Positions 9,817 to 18,979 of a DNA stretch of 63,786 nucleotides are shown here, piece by piece (position 1 is the first letter of the stretch; every line of letters starts with the position of its first letter). Below the pieces are notes generated by a model. The model saw only the letters and a program-made list of their open reading frames with translations. It had not been told where the DNA came from and did no database searches. Source of the DNA: Eubacteriales bacterium (lineage in GTDB: Bacteria; Bacillota; Clostridia; Oscillospirales; CAG-272); contig JBGVPD010000075.1 of NCBI GenBank assembly GCA_045126815.1, positions 1 through 63,786 on the forward strand, in the 5' to 3' direction. Position numbers and translations under genes: made by a program.

Positions 9817-11856
9817 TATTATTTTATATAACCCATTGATCAAGATGCACATCAAAATTCCGCAAATTGTAGGAATTATTATTGAAATCATCGTCCATTT
9901 TATTGATTTTGTTTCTGATTTTATAGTGAGACATGTAGTTGAACACGGCCAATGCATTAGCATAAATATTATAGTGTTTAAGGCTGTTATATAGGTCCAT
10001 CCGTTTGATATAAGTAATTCTTTAAGCGAATATAAGTCTCCCGTTTCGCTCAAAGTTCCGCTTGACATATACATCATAACTATCAAGGGTAACACTATCT
10101 CGTTCGCAGGAAAGCCTATAATAAATGCCGTAAGAATTATACCGTCAAGTCCCATCAAGTTGGCAAACGGCTCAAGAAACAAAGCTATATGGGACAAAAT
10201 TGATATACTGTTTATTTCAATATTGGATATTAACCATATAAAAAGACCTGCCGGTGCAGCGACAACAACAGCTCTTCCCAATACGAACAAAGTTCTGTCG
10301 AAGACCGAACGTATTATCAGTTTGCTTATTTGAGGTTTTCTATAAGGCGGCAGTTCCAGTGTAAAAGAAGAGGGAACTCCTTTTAAAAGCATTTTTGACA
10401 GCAAACGAGAAACTAACAAGGATGCTATGATAGTTAGAATGATAAAAGCAGTTAGAATCAATGCAGAATATGCGTTTGAAAAGAATGATTTGTTTTTGCC
10501 GACAAAAAACATAGTAATAACAGCGATTAAAGCGGGAAATCTGCCGTTGCATGGAATAAAGCTGTTTGTGATTATTGCCAACAGTCTTTCTCTGGGGGAG
10601 TCTATTATTCTGCAACCGACAACACCTGCCGCGTTACACCCGAACCCCATACACATGGTAAGTGCCTGTTTTCCGCAAGCAGAACATTTTTTAAAACATT
10701 TATCCAAATTGAAAGCTATACGAGGCAGATAACCTATATCTTCCAAAAGAGTAAAAAGAGGGAAGAATATAGCCATAGGAGGAAGCATCACCGAGATTAT
10801 CCAAGTTAATATGTGATAGACACCGTATACGGTCATATCGCACAGAGCAATTGGAATTTTTGATCTAATAAGAAAATCGTACAAAGGTTTCTCGAAAGAT
10901 AAAAACAGATCACTTAAAAAACTTGACGGGTAATTTGAAACTGATATAGTTAACCAAAAAACAAGAACAAGAAGACAAAACATTGATAGAAAGCCCCAGA
11001 ATTTTCCTGTCAAAAATTTATCAATTTTATATTCTTTTGTTGATGTATAGTCGATGTTGTTTTTTACGCATTTTTCGGCGATTTTTTCTGCAGTATATGA
11101 TATTGTATAAGAGATATCATTTTTTATTTCCGTAGGAGTTTTTTCGCATATAATTAAATTTGTTTTTTCCAAAGATTTAATTGCCGATAATCTGTTTTTC
11201 TTTGGTGTATCATTGTATTCTTCTGATAAATGAGAGATGATCTCTTCTATGTAATCGGGATATTTTACTATACATGGAGAATTATTACAAATATTATCAA
11301 TAGAATAATTGGATATTGTATCAAGAACCTTTTTTACACTGCTTTTTTTGTGGGCGACACAACCGATTACCTTTATTCCGAGTTCATCGGAAAGGGCTTT
11401 TAGATCAATATCTATATGTTTTTTTCTAGCCTCGTCCATTAAATTGACACACAAAATAATATTGTCGGTAATTTCAGTAATTTGCAGAGTTAAATTTAAA
11501 TTTCTTTCAAGTGAAGTGGCGTCACATACGATAACTGTAATATCAGCTAAATCTGAAGTGATAAAGTCTCGTGCGATCTCCTCCTCAGGCGAGTTTGATT
11601 TAAGAGAATAGCATCCGGGAAGATCAACAAATATATATTCTTTTTTGTCTATTCTACATGATCCTACAGCACTCATTACAGTCTTTCCGGGCCAGTTGCC
11701 CGTATGTTGTTTCATGCCTGTGATCTGATTAAAAAGGGAACTCTTTCCTACATTTGGATTTCCAACAAGAGCAATTATTTTGTTATTGTTATTTTTTCTG
11801 TACTCGGTTAGATTGTTTAACAAATTTGTTCCTACCGATTTTCTTGTCAATCCCAT
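9802..11856 (-). CDS. feoB: Ferrous iron transporter FeoB
   Basis: 684 aa. N-terminal G-domain GNPNVGKSS, DLPG and NLMD motifs, followed by a polytopic membrane domain. Confidence 0.95.
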   Translation of the reverse strand: MGLTRKSVGTNLLNNLTEYRKNNNNKIIALVGNPNVGKSSLFNQITGMKQHTGNWPGKTVMSAVGSCRIDKKEYIFVDLPGCYSLKSNSPEEEIARDFITSDLADITVIVCDATSLERNLNLTLQITEITDNIILCVNLMDEARKKHIDIDLKALSDELGIKVIGCVAHKKSSVKKVLDTISNYSIDNICNNSPCIVKYPDYIEEIISHLSEEYNDTPKKNRLSAIKSLEKTNLIICEKTPTEIKNDISYTISYTAEKIAEKCVKNNIDYTSTKEYKIDKFLTGKFWGFLSMFCLLVLVFWLTISVSNYPSSFLSDLFLSFEKPLYDFLIRSKIPIALCDMTVYGVYHILTWIISVMLPPMAIFFPLFTLLEDIGYLPRIAFNLDKCFKKCSACGKQALTMCMGFGCNAAGVVGCRIIDSPRERLLAIITNSFIPCNGRFPALIAVITMFFVGKNKSFFSNAYSALILTAFIILTIIASLLVSRLLSKMLLKGVPSSFTLELPPYRKPQISKLIIRSVFDRTLFVLGRAVVVAAPAGLFIWLISNIEINSISILSHIALFLEPFANLMGLDGIILTAFIIGFPANEIVLPLIVMMYMSSGTLSETGDLYSLKELLISNGWTYITALNTIIFMLMHWPCSTTCLTIKSETKSIKWTMISIIIPTICGILMCILINGLYKIISCVF

Positions 11857-11871
11857 AATATATCCTCTCTC

Positions 11872-12102
11872 TTATATCTGAATTATTATCTTATTTGACT
11901 GTTCTTCTCGTAAAGCTATAGTCGTACCTTTTATTCTATATGCCGTCGGTTCACCGAAAGGACTTTTAAAAGCACACAGAACATCAGTTCCTTTGATAAA
12001 ACCTATATCTTGCAGACGTCTTTTTGTTTTTTCGTCTGCCGTTATATCAACGATACTACCGATTTGACCGATCTTTAATTCATACAGCGTTTTGTTATTC
12101 AT
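11872..12102 (-). CDS. feoA: FeoA-family iron transport protein
   Basis: 76-aa SH3-like protein directly upstream of feoB; RBS AAGAGG. Confidence 0.9.
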   Translation of the reverse strand: MNNKTLYELKIGQIGSIVDITADEKTKRRLQDIGFIKGTDVLCAFKSPFGEPTAYRIKGTTIALREEQSNKIIIQI

Positions 12103-12405
12103 TTTTTAGAAACCTCTTTTATATAATTGAATGTACATCCTTTATAACAAAATATGCATTTTGATTATATTTTGCAACAAATTTTAAAGGGAAGAGAGGG
12201 GGGATTTTCAAACAAAAATGAATAATTGGGTGTGTTTTATGCATAAAAAGTATTGTGCAAAATGCAGAAAATGAAAAGTCGGATATGCAAAATAACAGAG
12301 TAGTAAAAACATAATACAATGCTTTTTTGACTTTTATGCATTGTTTTTTGGTATAAATGTTAATATTAACATATACCTTTGTTAACTTACAGAATATGGA
12401 AAAAG

Positions 12406-12434
12406 TTGACAAAAGTGGCTTGTTATGCTATAAT
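12406..12434 (+). promoter_or_regulatory. Consensus sigma-A promoter for the yabE-like gene
   Basis: TTGACA (12406-12411), 17-nt spacer, TATAAT (12429-12434). Confidence 0.7.
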
Positions 12435-12502
12435 TTTAATGTTTCCCGCCGGTATATGCCGTCTTAAACTGATCGGCAAATATGCAATTAAAGGAGGATA
12501 GT

Positions 12503-13507
12503 ATGCAAGTTCAAAATGAATTAAATAACTACGAACTGTATTCGACTTCTGCACCGAGCGCAACAAAATTATCAAAACTAATGAATAAAAAGAGTAAAAA
12601 AACGATATATAAATTAACTGTTGTCGTTTTGATTATATCGGTTGTGTGTTCATTGTTTTTGGGAGCAAATTATATCTTTGACAGATGTGTTTTTTCCAAT
12701 ACTCCCAACTATTCAATGAGATCTCCCGAGTACTCTGCAAGAAACAATGTTTTTGCTAACGTAACTGAGAAAGTAACATTCTCACTGTTTGTTAGGGGAG
12801 GTAACGAGTTGATAATATCTTCTGAAGCTTTAAAACTTTCAGAGGTTTTAGCAAATGAAGATATTGAAATTGACGATACGTGTGTATTAAGTCACCCTCT
12901 TGATACGGTAGTTTACGAGGGTATGGAAGTTGTAATTGATTCTATTACATACGAAAATGTTGACGTTACTACACCAATAGCCTATGACGTGACCACTGTT
13001 GAAGTTCAAACCATCCCCAAAGGAACTAAAAATGTTTTAACAAAAGGTCAGGACGGTTCTCTTATTACAACTTACCGCAAGAAATATATTAACGGTAAAT
13101 ATGACAGCGAAGAAGCAATTGGTGAAAAGATAGCTTTAGAACCTGTAACTGAAGTTGTTGAGCTTGGTATAGGCGGTCAGTATGTCGGCAAAGATGGAGT
13201 AACTTATAATTATTCGTATTATCTTGACGTTGTCGCCACCTGCTACGGTCCTTCAGACGGTACGACAGGAACGATAACAGCAACAGGTACAAAAGCAAGA
13301 GAAGGTATAATAGCTGTTGATCCCAAAACTATTCCTCTCGGTTCAAAAGTATACGTAACCAGCAGTTACAGAGACCTTGGCGTCCTTACAGCCGAAGATA
13401 CAGGTGGATTTATAAAAGGCAATCGAATTGACGTCTATCTTGAAGGAACTCTTCAGGAACTCTTACAGTTCGGAAGAAGAAATATGAGAGTATATATTAT
13501 CGAATAA
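12503..13507 (+). CDS. yabE: DUF348/G5/3D-domain cell-wall protein (YabE/RpfB-like)
   Basis: N-terminal TM, a G5-like segment (TKGQDGSLITTYRKKYINGK), and a C-terminal 3D domain (ATGTKAREGIIAVDPKTIPLGSKVYV...GNRIDVY). ATG 12503 follows AAAGGAGG. Confidence 0.85.
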   Translation: MQVQNELNNYELYSTSAPSATKLSKLMNKKSKKTIYKLTVVVLIISVVCSLFLGANYIFDRCVFSNTPNYSMRSPEYSARNNVFANVTEKVTFSLFVRGGNELIISSEALKLSEVLANEDIEIDDTCVLSHPLDTVVYEGMEVVIDSITYENVDVTTPIAYDVTTVEVQTIPKGTKNVLTKGQDGSLITTYRKKYINGKYDSEEAIGEKIALEPVTEVVELGIGGQYVGKDGVTYNYSYYLDVVATCYGPSDGTTGTITATGTKAREGIIAVDPKTIPLGSKVYVTSSYRDLGVLTAEDTGGFIKGNRIDVYLEGTLQELLQFGRRNMRVYIIE

Positions 13508-13587
13508 ATTTAAAACTTAACCCCTCTGCAATAGTGGAGCCGGTTTATGCGGGCGGTGCAAATGTTTGTACCGCCTATCTTTGTAGC

Positions 13588-13626
13588 AAAAAAACAGACG
13601 CGATATTTTATCGCGTCTGTTTTTTA
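13588..13626. terminator. Bidirectional terminator shared by yabE-like and spoIIIAH
   Basis: CAGACGCGAT / ATCGCGTCTG 10-bp stem flanked by A7 and T7. Confidence 0.85.
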
Positions 13627-13633
13627 TAATTAA

Positions 13634-14242
13634 TTAGTTTTTTTCAATGATCTTTATATCAAGTGGATTAATTGCCGCTTGTTCGTAAACGATTTCTTTG
13701 ATTTGAGATATTTCGTTTGCTTGTAAACCGTCACTTTTTACTATGACGTTACATTTTCCTTCGCTGATAACTGCAACACATTCTTCAAATCCTTTTGAAG
13801 TGATGAGAGATTCTATGTTTGATTCTTTCTGCATATCATCGGCTATCTGCGACATTTGTTTTAATGCAGAATCTTTTGACTCAGCAAGAGCTTCTTCGTT
13901 TCCAACGACAATTTCAAGAACCTCCAAAGCTTCGTCTCTGGCTTTTTGTCTGTCTATTACAGCTTGAGCAAAATAATCGTTTTCCTCTAATGATGTGTTT
14001 ATTACGTTTGTCAGATCTTCACCGTTGTTTGTACCTGCATTTAAAGAAGCATCATCAAGAAAGAAAATGTAATTTAAATATACGGCAGCGCCGATCAAAA
14101 GAACCGAACATCCTATCATTACTTTCTTTTTATCAAGCTTCCAAAACTCCTTTTTTTTGATTTTTTCTTTAGTTTCCTTAAACTTCGTAGTTAACTGATT
14201 TCCAATATGTTTTGGACTGATGCAAAGTGATTTTATTTCCAT
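13634..14242 (-). CDS. spoIIIAH: Stage III sporulation protein AH
   Basis: Last gene of the spoIIIA operon. N-terminal TM, then DYFAQAVIDRQKARDEALE and a C-terminal KGFEECVAVISEGKCNVIVKSDGL ring-forming domain. Confidence 0.85.
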   Translation of the reverse strand: MEIKSLCISPKHIGNQLTTKFKETKEKIKKKEFWKLDKKKVMIGCSVLLIGAAVYLNYIFFLDDASLNAGTNNGEDLTNVINTSLEENDYFAQAVIDRQKARDEALEVLEIVVGNEEALAESKDSALKQMSQIADDMQKESNIESLITSKGFEECVAVISEGKCNVIVKSDGLQANEISQIKEIVYEQAAINPLDIKIIEKN

Positions 14243-14316
14243 TTTATGTTCCTCCCGGATTATTAAGTTTTGTTAAATTATATGATGAATGCTTGTATAT
14301 TATTACAATAAACATT

Positions 14317-14778
14317 TTATTCAGTTACATATACATGCGAACTGTATATACCTAGTACTGAGCATATAAGTTCGGTTATTTTTGATTTTATGTTTGGGTT
14401 GTTTCCTCCTTTACAGACAATTGCAACACCTTCTATTTGCGGAAGGTATTCTTTTATATATACAAGGCTGTCGTCAACAATTACATGTTTTTCATTTACT
14501 TCGTTACCGTCAGATGCATAAACAAATTCGGTACCGCTTTTAAGTGTTATCATAACTTTTGGCGCTGATACTCCGTCTATCTCTTCTATGAGATCTGCAA
14601 GTTTATTTTCGGTTTTAGAAGTGTAGTTTTCAATAAAATCTGTATAATCCGATGTATTTTTGTTGGTAGGCTTTTCTTCTTGTTTATCAGAAAAAACAAG
14701 AATAAGACCTAAAACCAGGCAAAATAACAGTATTAAAATCGCTTTTTTCTTTCTTATGTATTCACTTAACTTGATTAT
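14317..14778 (-). CDS. spoIIIAG: Stage III sporulation protein AG (start codon non-canonical or uncertain)
   Basis: The frame is open from 14778 and encodes a TM anchor (AILILLFCLVLGLILVF) and the motif EEIDGVSAPKVMITL. The only ATG/GTG/TTG in frame is internal, at 14553. GGAG sits 8 nt upstream of the ATA at 14778. Confidence 0.7.
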   Translation of the reverse strand: MIKLSEYIRKKKAILILLFCLVLGLILVFSDKQEEKPTNKNTSDYTDFIENYTSKTENKLADLIEEIDGVSAPKVMITLKSGTEFVYASDGNEVNEKHVIVDDSLVYIKEYLPQIEGVAIVCKGGNNPNIKSKITELICSVLGIYSSHVYVTE

Positions 14779-14783
14779 TTATA

Positions 14784-15254
14784 TCACTCCCGTATGTTTT
14801 GTGTTACTTCTATTTCAGCACCAAATTCAGAATTAAGATATGCGTTTATCCTCTCTGCATAACCGTTGTAACTTTTGTCTTTTATGCTAACTTTTATTTT
14901 ATTTATAATAATTTCTTCATCATCTTCTTGTATGTCGATTGCTAAAGAAATACTTTCTTGCGGAATATTAAATCGTTTTAGCAAATTGTCTTTAAGTGAT
15001 GTTTCAACTGTGTTTTTTATATACATATTTTGATCAATGTTTTGCTCTGTGTGGTTTAGTGTTAATGAATTAAAATTTAGCAGTTGTTTAATATCAGAAA
15101 CATTAAAAGTAGAAAAAATAGAGTATATCACAATAAGTGATACAATATATTTAACGTATTTTTGCAATTTCCCGTTTTGAAAAAAAGTATTTAGAGCCCC
15201 CATACATACCGATAAGGTTATCAGCATATACAGCCCCGTTTTAATGTTCGTCAT
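14784..15254 (-). CDS. spoIIIAF: Stage III sporulation protein AF
   Basis: Position in the operon; two N-terminal TM segments plus a soluble C-terminal domain; 156 aa. Confidence 0.75.
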   Translation of the reverse strand: MTNIKTGLYMLITLSVCMGALNTFFQNGKLQKYVKYIVSLIVIYSIFSTFNVSDIKQLLNFNSLTLNHTEQNIDQNMYIKNTVETSLKDNLLKRFNIPQESISLAIDIQEDDEEIIINKIKVSIKDKSYNGYAERINAYLNSEFGAEIEVTQNIRE

Positions 15255-15256
15255 AA

Positions 15257-16393
15257 TTACACCCCCAATGCAGGAGATATTGAAACAAATACCGTTAATT
15301 CAATGATAAACAAAACGGTTATACACACAATGATCGCTAATGCAAAATTAAATATAGAGCTGAATTCTTTCAGAAGATTACCCTCAGCATCGCAATCAAG
15401 TATATAGCAAATCGTACCGGTTATATCAATACAAAATTTGTTTAATATTATCTTTAAAATAACGGGTAGTGAAATGACAGATATGATCAATATACCTACG
15501 ATTCCGACAGAGTTTTTTATAACACTTAAAGCTGACATAACACTCCTTACAGATTCGCCGAGAGCTCCGCCGACAACAGGTATAAAACTTCCTGCAAATT
15601 TTACCGTTCGCGCCGCAGCACTGTCTGTGGCGAGTGATAAATTAGTTTTGAATATCAAAAATACTGAAAAAAGTGTCATAGTTCCTGCAAGGAAAAACGT
15701 CATAATATTTTTTATTACTTTGGTTAAATGAAAAAGACCTTTAATTTCCCCTGCAACAGAACTGAGAGTGAGAGCAAAACAGATTTTTAGCATAGGAAAA
15801 AGACCGCTGTTCATTAACATATTGATTAAATTTAATATAAAAGTTATACCAATTGAGTTTACGACGGCTGTTGATACGTTGCCGCCTGACGTATATAAAA
15901 CCGTCATTATAGGCACAAGGGAAGAGATGAAGACGTTTATACTTTTTATGTAAATTTGAACCGATGCCCATACCCCCGATAAAAGCTCGTAAAATATCAC
16001 CGATAAAACTATTTGGGAAACGTATTTTACTGCTTTTGAAAAAGTAGGTTTGCCTATACTCGTATTTATTGTATTTATGAGAGAAATAATTATAACTGTA
16101 CATATTAACGATGATAACGTTTTTAACGTAGGCGCGATCAGGGGATTAAAAATGTTTAGAAAAAGACGCCAAATAAACGAAATATTAAAACTGTTAGCTG
16201 TATTTAATAGATCCTGCTCGTTTGTTGAAGTGTCAGGAAAATAGTCTAACTGTTCTTCCGACAAAGTGTTATATAAACTTTGCAAATCCAATTCCTGTTT
16301 TATATACGAGTCGTTGAAAGCTGCGACATCTAGAGGTATTGCCAGTAAAAATAATACACAACATACACTTAATAATTTTATTTTTTTAAACAA
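15257..16393 (-). CDS. spoIIIAE: Stage III sporulation protein AE
   Basis: 378-aa polytopic membrane protein with a signal peptide, at the operon position between AD and AF. Confidence 0.85.
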   Translation of the reverse strand: MFKKIKLLSVCCVLFLLAIPLDVAAFNDSYIKQELDLQSLYNTLSEEQLDYFPDTSTNEQDLLNTANSFNISFIWRLFLNIFNPLIAPTLKTLSSLICTVIIISLINTINTSIGKPTFSKAVKYVSQIVLSVIFYELLSGVWASVQIYIKSINVFISSLVPIMTVLYTSGGNVSTAVVNSIGITFILNLINMLMNSGLFPMLKICFALTLSSVAGEIKGLFHLTKVIKNIMTFFLAGTMTLFSVFLIFKTNLSLATDSAAARTVKFAGSFIPVVGGALGESVRSVMSALSVIKNSVGIVGILIISVISLPVILKIILNKFCIDITGTICYILDCDAEGNLLKEFSSIFNFALAIIVCITVLFIIELTVFVSISPALGV

Positions 16394-16407
16394 TTTATTT
16401 AAACCTC

Positions 16408-16791
16408 TTAAAGCATAATTTCCTTCGTGATGGTCAGTATCTTTTCTATTAACGGTAAACTGATTACAAGTATTTCGATTTTAGCAATAAATTCAATTTT
16501 AGATGCAATTGACGATTCTCCGATATCACGGCATATATCGGAAGTTGTTTCGGCAACCAAGGTTATGCCGAATGTTTTCAGCAAAACATTCCCCCATTCT
16601 CCAAGGTATGTGTTTTCAAAAAACAAGGAATAAAGCTTCATATTTTGCCAAACGGTATTAAAGGCGTGTTTTAATAAAAGTATCCCAAAAAGTATACTTA
16701 AAAATATTGTATATTCACTTTTTAATTGGCGAAGCAGACTTAGAAGTGCTATAGCTATCAGGGTATATCCGGACAAAATAAAAATATTCAT
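16408..16791 (-). CDS. spoIIIAD: Stage III sporulation protein AD
   Basis: 127-aa four-TM protein; 1-nt overlap with the spoIIIAC stop. Confidence 0.85.
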   Translation of the reverse strand: MNIFILSGYTLIAIALLSLLRQLKSEYTIFLSILFGILLLKHAFNTVWQNMKLYSLFFENTYLGEWGNVLLKTFGITLVAETTSDICRDIGESSIASKIEFIAKIEILVISLPLIEKILTITKEIML

Positions 16792-16985
16792 CAGATACCG
16801 AATACGCTTTTTATAGTGTTTATAAGGTTTGAAATTTCTTGAACTAAAAGCATCAGAACGATAATTATGCCGGCGATCGAAACAAGCATAGCTTGTTCAT
16901 CGCGTCCGCTTTTGCCGAGTATCTGACACACGACACTAACAAGAAGTCCTGCCCCCGCAACCTTTAAAATAAGACTTATATCCAT
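16791..16985 (-). CDS. spoIIIAC: Stage III sporulation protein AC
   Basis: 64-aa two-TM protein (MDISLILKVAGAGLLVSVV...), typical of SpoIIIAC. Confidence 0.85.
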   Translation of the reverse strand: MDISLILKVAGAGLLVSVVCQILGKSGRDEQAMLVSIAGIIIVLMLLVQEISNLINTIKSVFGI

Positions 16986-17001
16986 ATGTTTACCTCTAAA
17001 T

Positions 17002-17478
17002 TCATATAAATAAAATTATTAACATTAGTCCCGAATAAATCGATAAAGCCATTGACAGTTTTATCTTATCGGGAGTTGTCAAAACCATTTCTTTATACTT
17101 TTCTTCAAGCATTTGCGTGTAATGGATGCTGTGTTTTAATTGCTCTTGTTTATTGGTCTTACCTAAATTTTCACCGTACTCCAACAATAAATCTCGTATA
17201 CTGTCGGGTAAATGATTACAGTTTGTCTCAAGAGATGATGCCCAACCGTTTTTTGAGATATTTTCAATAAGTTCTCTTATCTCGCATTCGTTTTTTTCTG
17301 CATATTTTTTATAAATTGCATCAAGAGGTGTATTAAAACATTCAATTTGCGTTTTTGTATAATACATAAAATTCAAAATATTTTTTATAAGAAAGAGTAT
17401 TCTTTTGGTTTTGTAAGAAGAGAATACCCCAAAGAAAATTACAGAACCAGCTAAAATTATAAGCCCTAAAGTTTTCAA
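17002..17478 (-). CDS. spoIIIAB: Stage III sporulation protein AB
   Basis: 158 aa with TM segments at both ends and the central motif GENLGKTNKQEQ. 4-nt overlap with spoIIIAA. Confidence 0.8.
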   Translation of the reverse strand: MKTLGLIILAGSVIFFGVFSSYKTKRILFLIKNILNFMYYTKTQIECFNTPLDAIYKKYAEKNECEIRELIENISKNGWASSLETNCNHLPDSIRDLLLEYGENLGKTNKQEQLKHSIHYTQMLEEKYKEMVLTTPDKIKLSMALSIYSGLMLIILFI

Positions 17479-18329
17479 AATGATATTTCCTTTCTTTTCT
17501 TATATTCAAATTGTCTCTCATTATTTTTTGAATATATACCGACGTAACTTTCAAAAACATTTAACTCGTGCATTTTTCGTATGTTTTTTCTTTGTAACAG
17601 ATCATCAATATTTTTTGCATGAGCTGTACATATGAGAGATATTCCACAATTTTTACATTCAATAAGTTCTTCAACATCATCATCTATTCCGATCTCGTCA
17701 CAGATTATAATTTCGGGCGACATATTTCGAACGGCTATATCGATCCCATTCTTTTTTGGGTATGAGAAAAAGAAATCAACAGGACACCCTTTATGTAGAC
17801 TATCTACGTATAACTCATTTTTACAATCGATAACAGATATTCTGTGGTTATACGGAGGAGTTGATAAAATCTTTATTATCATCTTTAGAAGAGTTGTTTT
17901 TCCGTAGTTTGGAGGAGAGTAAATAATACAGCTTTTATCATTAGCTATTTTCTTTAACAGGTACGGCGGTAGATCAAATTTTTGTCCGGGCACTCTTATA
18001 TTAATGCCGGTTATAGATGACAAATTCGTTATTATACCGTTTTCGGTAACGGCATTTCCGCACACACCGATCCTGTAACCGTTTTCAAAAGGAATATATC
18101 CGTTTTTTATGCAGTCGAAATATGTATAAACGGAATTTTTACAAAATTTATTTACTGAATATTCGATATCGTTTTTTGTTACTAAGTAGTCTGTAACAAG
18201 ATTTTGAGTTCCCGATGTTATACACAGGGGACATGATTGTCTTAATCTTATTTCGTTTACTAAAGAATATTCTTTTATCTTGTTTTTTACGTCTTCCGTC
18301 AGACATTCAAGTACAGAATTATCAATCAT
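17475..18329 (-). CDS. spoIIIAA: Stage III sporulation protein AA (secretion-type ATPase)
   Basis: Walker A PPNYGKTTLL and Walker B IIICDEIG. The track start GTG 18347 lies in or near the RBS AAAGGA; ATG 18329 (MIDNSV...) is preferred, and 18338 is also possible. Confidence 0.85.
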   Translation of the reverse strand: MIDNSVLECLTEDVKNKIKEYSLVNEIRLRQSCPLCITSGTQNLVTDYLVTKNDIEYSVNKFCKNSVYTYFDCIKNGYIPFENGYRIGVCGNAVTENGIITNLSSITGINIRVPGQKFDLPPYLLKKIANDKSCIIYSPPNYGKTTLLKMIIKILSTPPYNHRISVIDCKNELYVDSLHKGCPVDFFFSYPKKNGIDIAVRNMSPEIIICDEIGIDDDVEELIECKNCGISLICTAHAKNIDDLLQRKNIRKMHELNVFESYVGIYSKNNERQFEYKKRKEISF

Positions 18330-18351
18330 TTTTATCATTCCTTTCACAACA

Positions 18352-18380
18352 ATTATATGTCGGACAATCCTTTATATTAC
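18352..18380 (-). promoter_or_regulatory. Candidate sigma-E-type promoter of the spoIIIA operon
   Basis: Minus strand: GTAATATA, 13 nt, CATATAAT (consensus kmATATT-14-CATACAnT). Caveat: CATATAAT also contains a sigma-A TATAAT, but no good TTGACA sits at 17 nt. Confidence 0.35.
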
Positions 18381-18416
18381 AAAGGCGCAAAAAATAAAAA
18401 TAAAAGGGAAAATCCC

Positions 18417-18445
18417 TTTACATATAGTGAAAAAAATGTTATAAT
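18417..18445 (+). promoter_or_regulatory. Extended -10 promoter for ruvCAB
   Basis: TGTTATAAT (18437-18445) with a weak -35 TTACCA at 17 nt. Confidence 0.5.
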
Positions 18446-18475
18446 ATAATGATTTTAAATATAGTGGGAGTTTGT

Positions 18476-18967
18476 ATGATTATATTGGGTATTGACCCCG
18501 GATATGCTATTGTCGGGTACGGTGTAATTGAATATAAAAACATGAAATTTAAGACCTTGGCATACGGCGCTATCACTACTCCTGCGCATACAGATCCGGA
18601 GGCGCGTTTTAAGGTTATTTACGATGAACTTGACACGCTGATAAATATGTATCATCCCGATTGTATGGCTATTGAAGAGTTATTCTTTAACACCAACCAA
18701 AAAACCGCTATCTTGGTTGCAGAAGCAAGAGGTGTAATGCTTTTGTGCGCTGTACATAGAGGGGTAAAGATTTACGAATATACACCGTTACAGGTTAAAC
18801 AGGCGATAGTAGGTTACGGAAGAGCAGAGAAAAAACAAGTAATTGCTATGGTGGTCAATTTCCTTAACCTTGAGAAGAAACCGAAGCTTGACGATACTGC
18901 CGATGCTCTGGCTATTGCCGTTTGTCATGCTCACACTAACGGTTCTTTATTATCTAAATTCCAATAA
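18476..18967 (+). CDS. ruvC: Crossover junction endodeoxyribonuclease RuvC
   Basis: MIILGIDPGYAIVGYGVI, followed by AIEELFF and DDTADALAIAVCH catalytic motifs. ATG 18476 follows GTGGGAG. Confidence 0.95.
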   Translation: MIILGIDPGYAIVGYGVIEYKNMKFKTLAYGAITTPAHTDPEARFKVIYDELDTLINMYHPDCMAIEELFFNTNQKTAILVAEARGVMLLCAVHRGVKIYEYTPLQVKQAIVGYGRAEKKQVIAMVVNFLNLEKKPKLDDTADALAIAVCHAHTNGSLLSKFQ

Positions 18968-18979
18968 AGGAGAGTAAAA

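Noticed and set aside
12119-12412. 97-aa minus-strand ORF filling the feoA/yabE intergenic region, and an 18-aa Cys-rich plus-strand mini-ORF at 12218-12274
   Set aside because: The 97-aa ORF has no RBS, overlaps promoter elements and has hydrophobic low-complexity sequence. The mini-ORF has poor SD spacing (about 13 nt). The region is better explained as regulatory DNA.
12435-12502. Expected c-di-AMP (ydaO/yuaA) riboswitch upstream of the yabE-like gene
   Set aside because: The leader between the consensus -10 and the ATG is only about 65 nt. It lacks the pseudo-twofold ydaO core, so it is too short for that aptamer.
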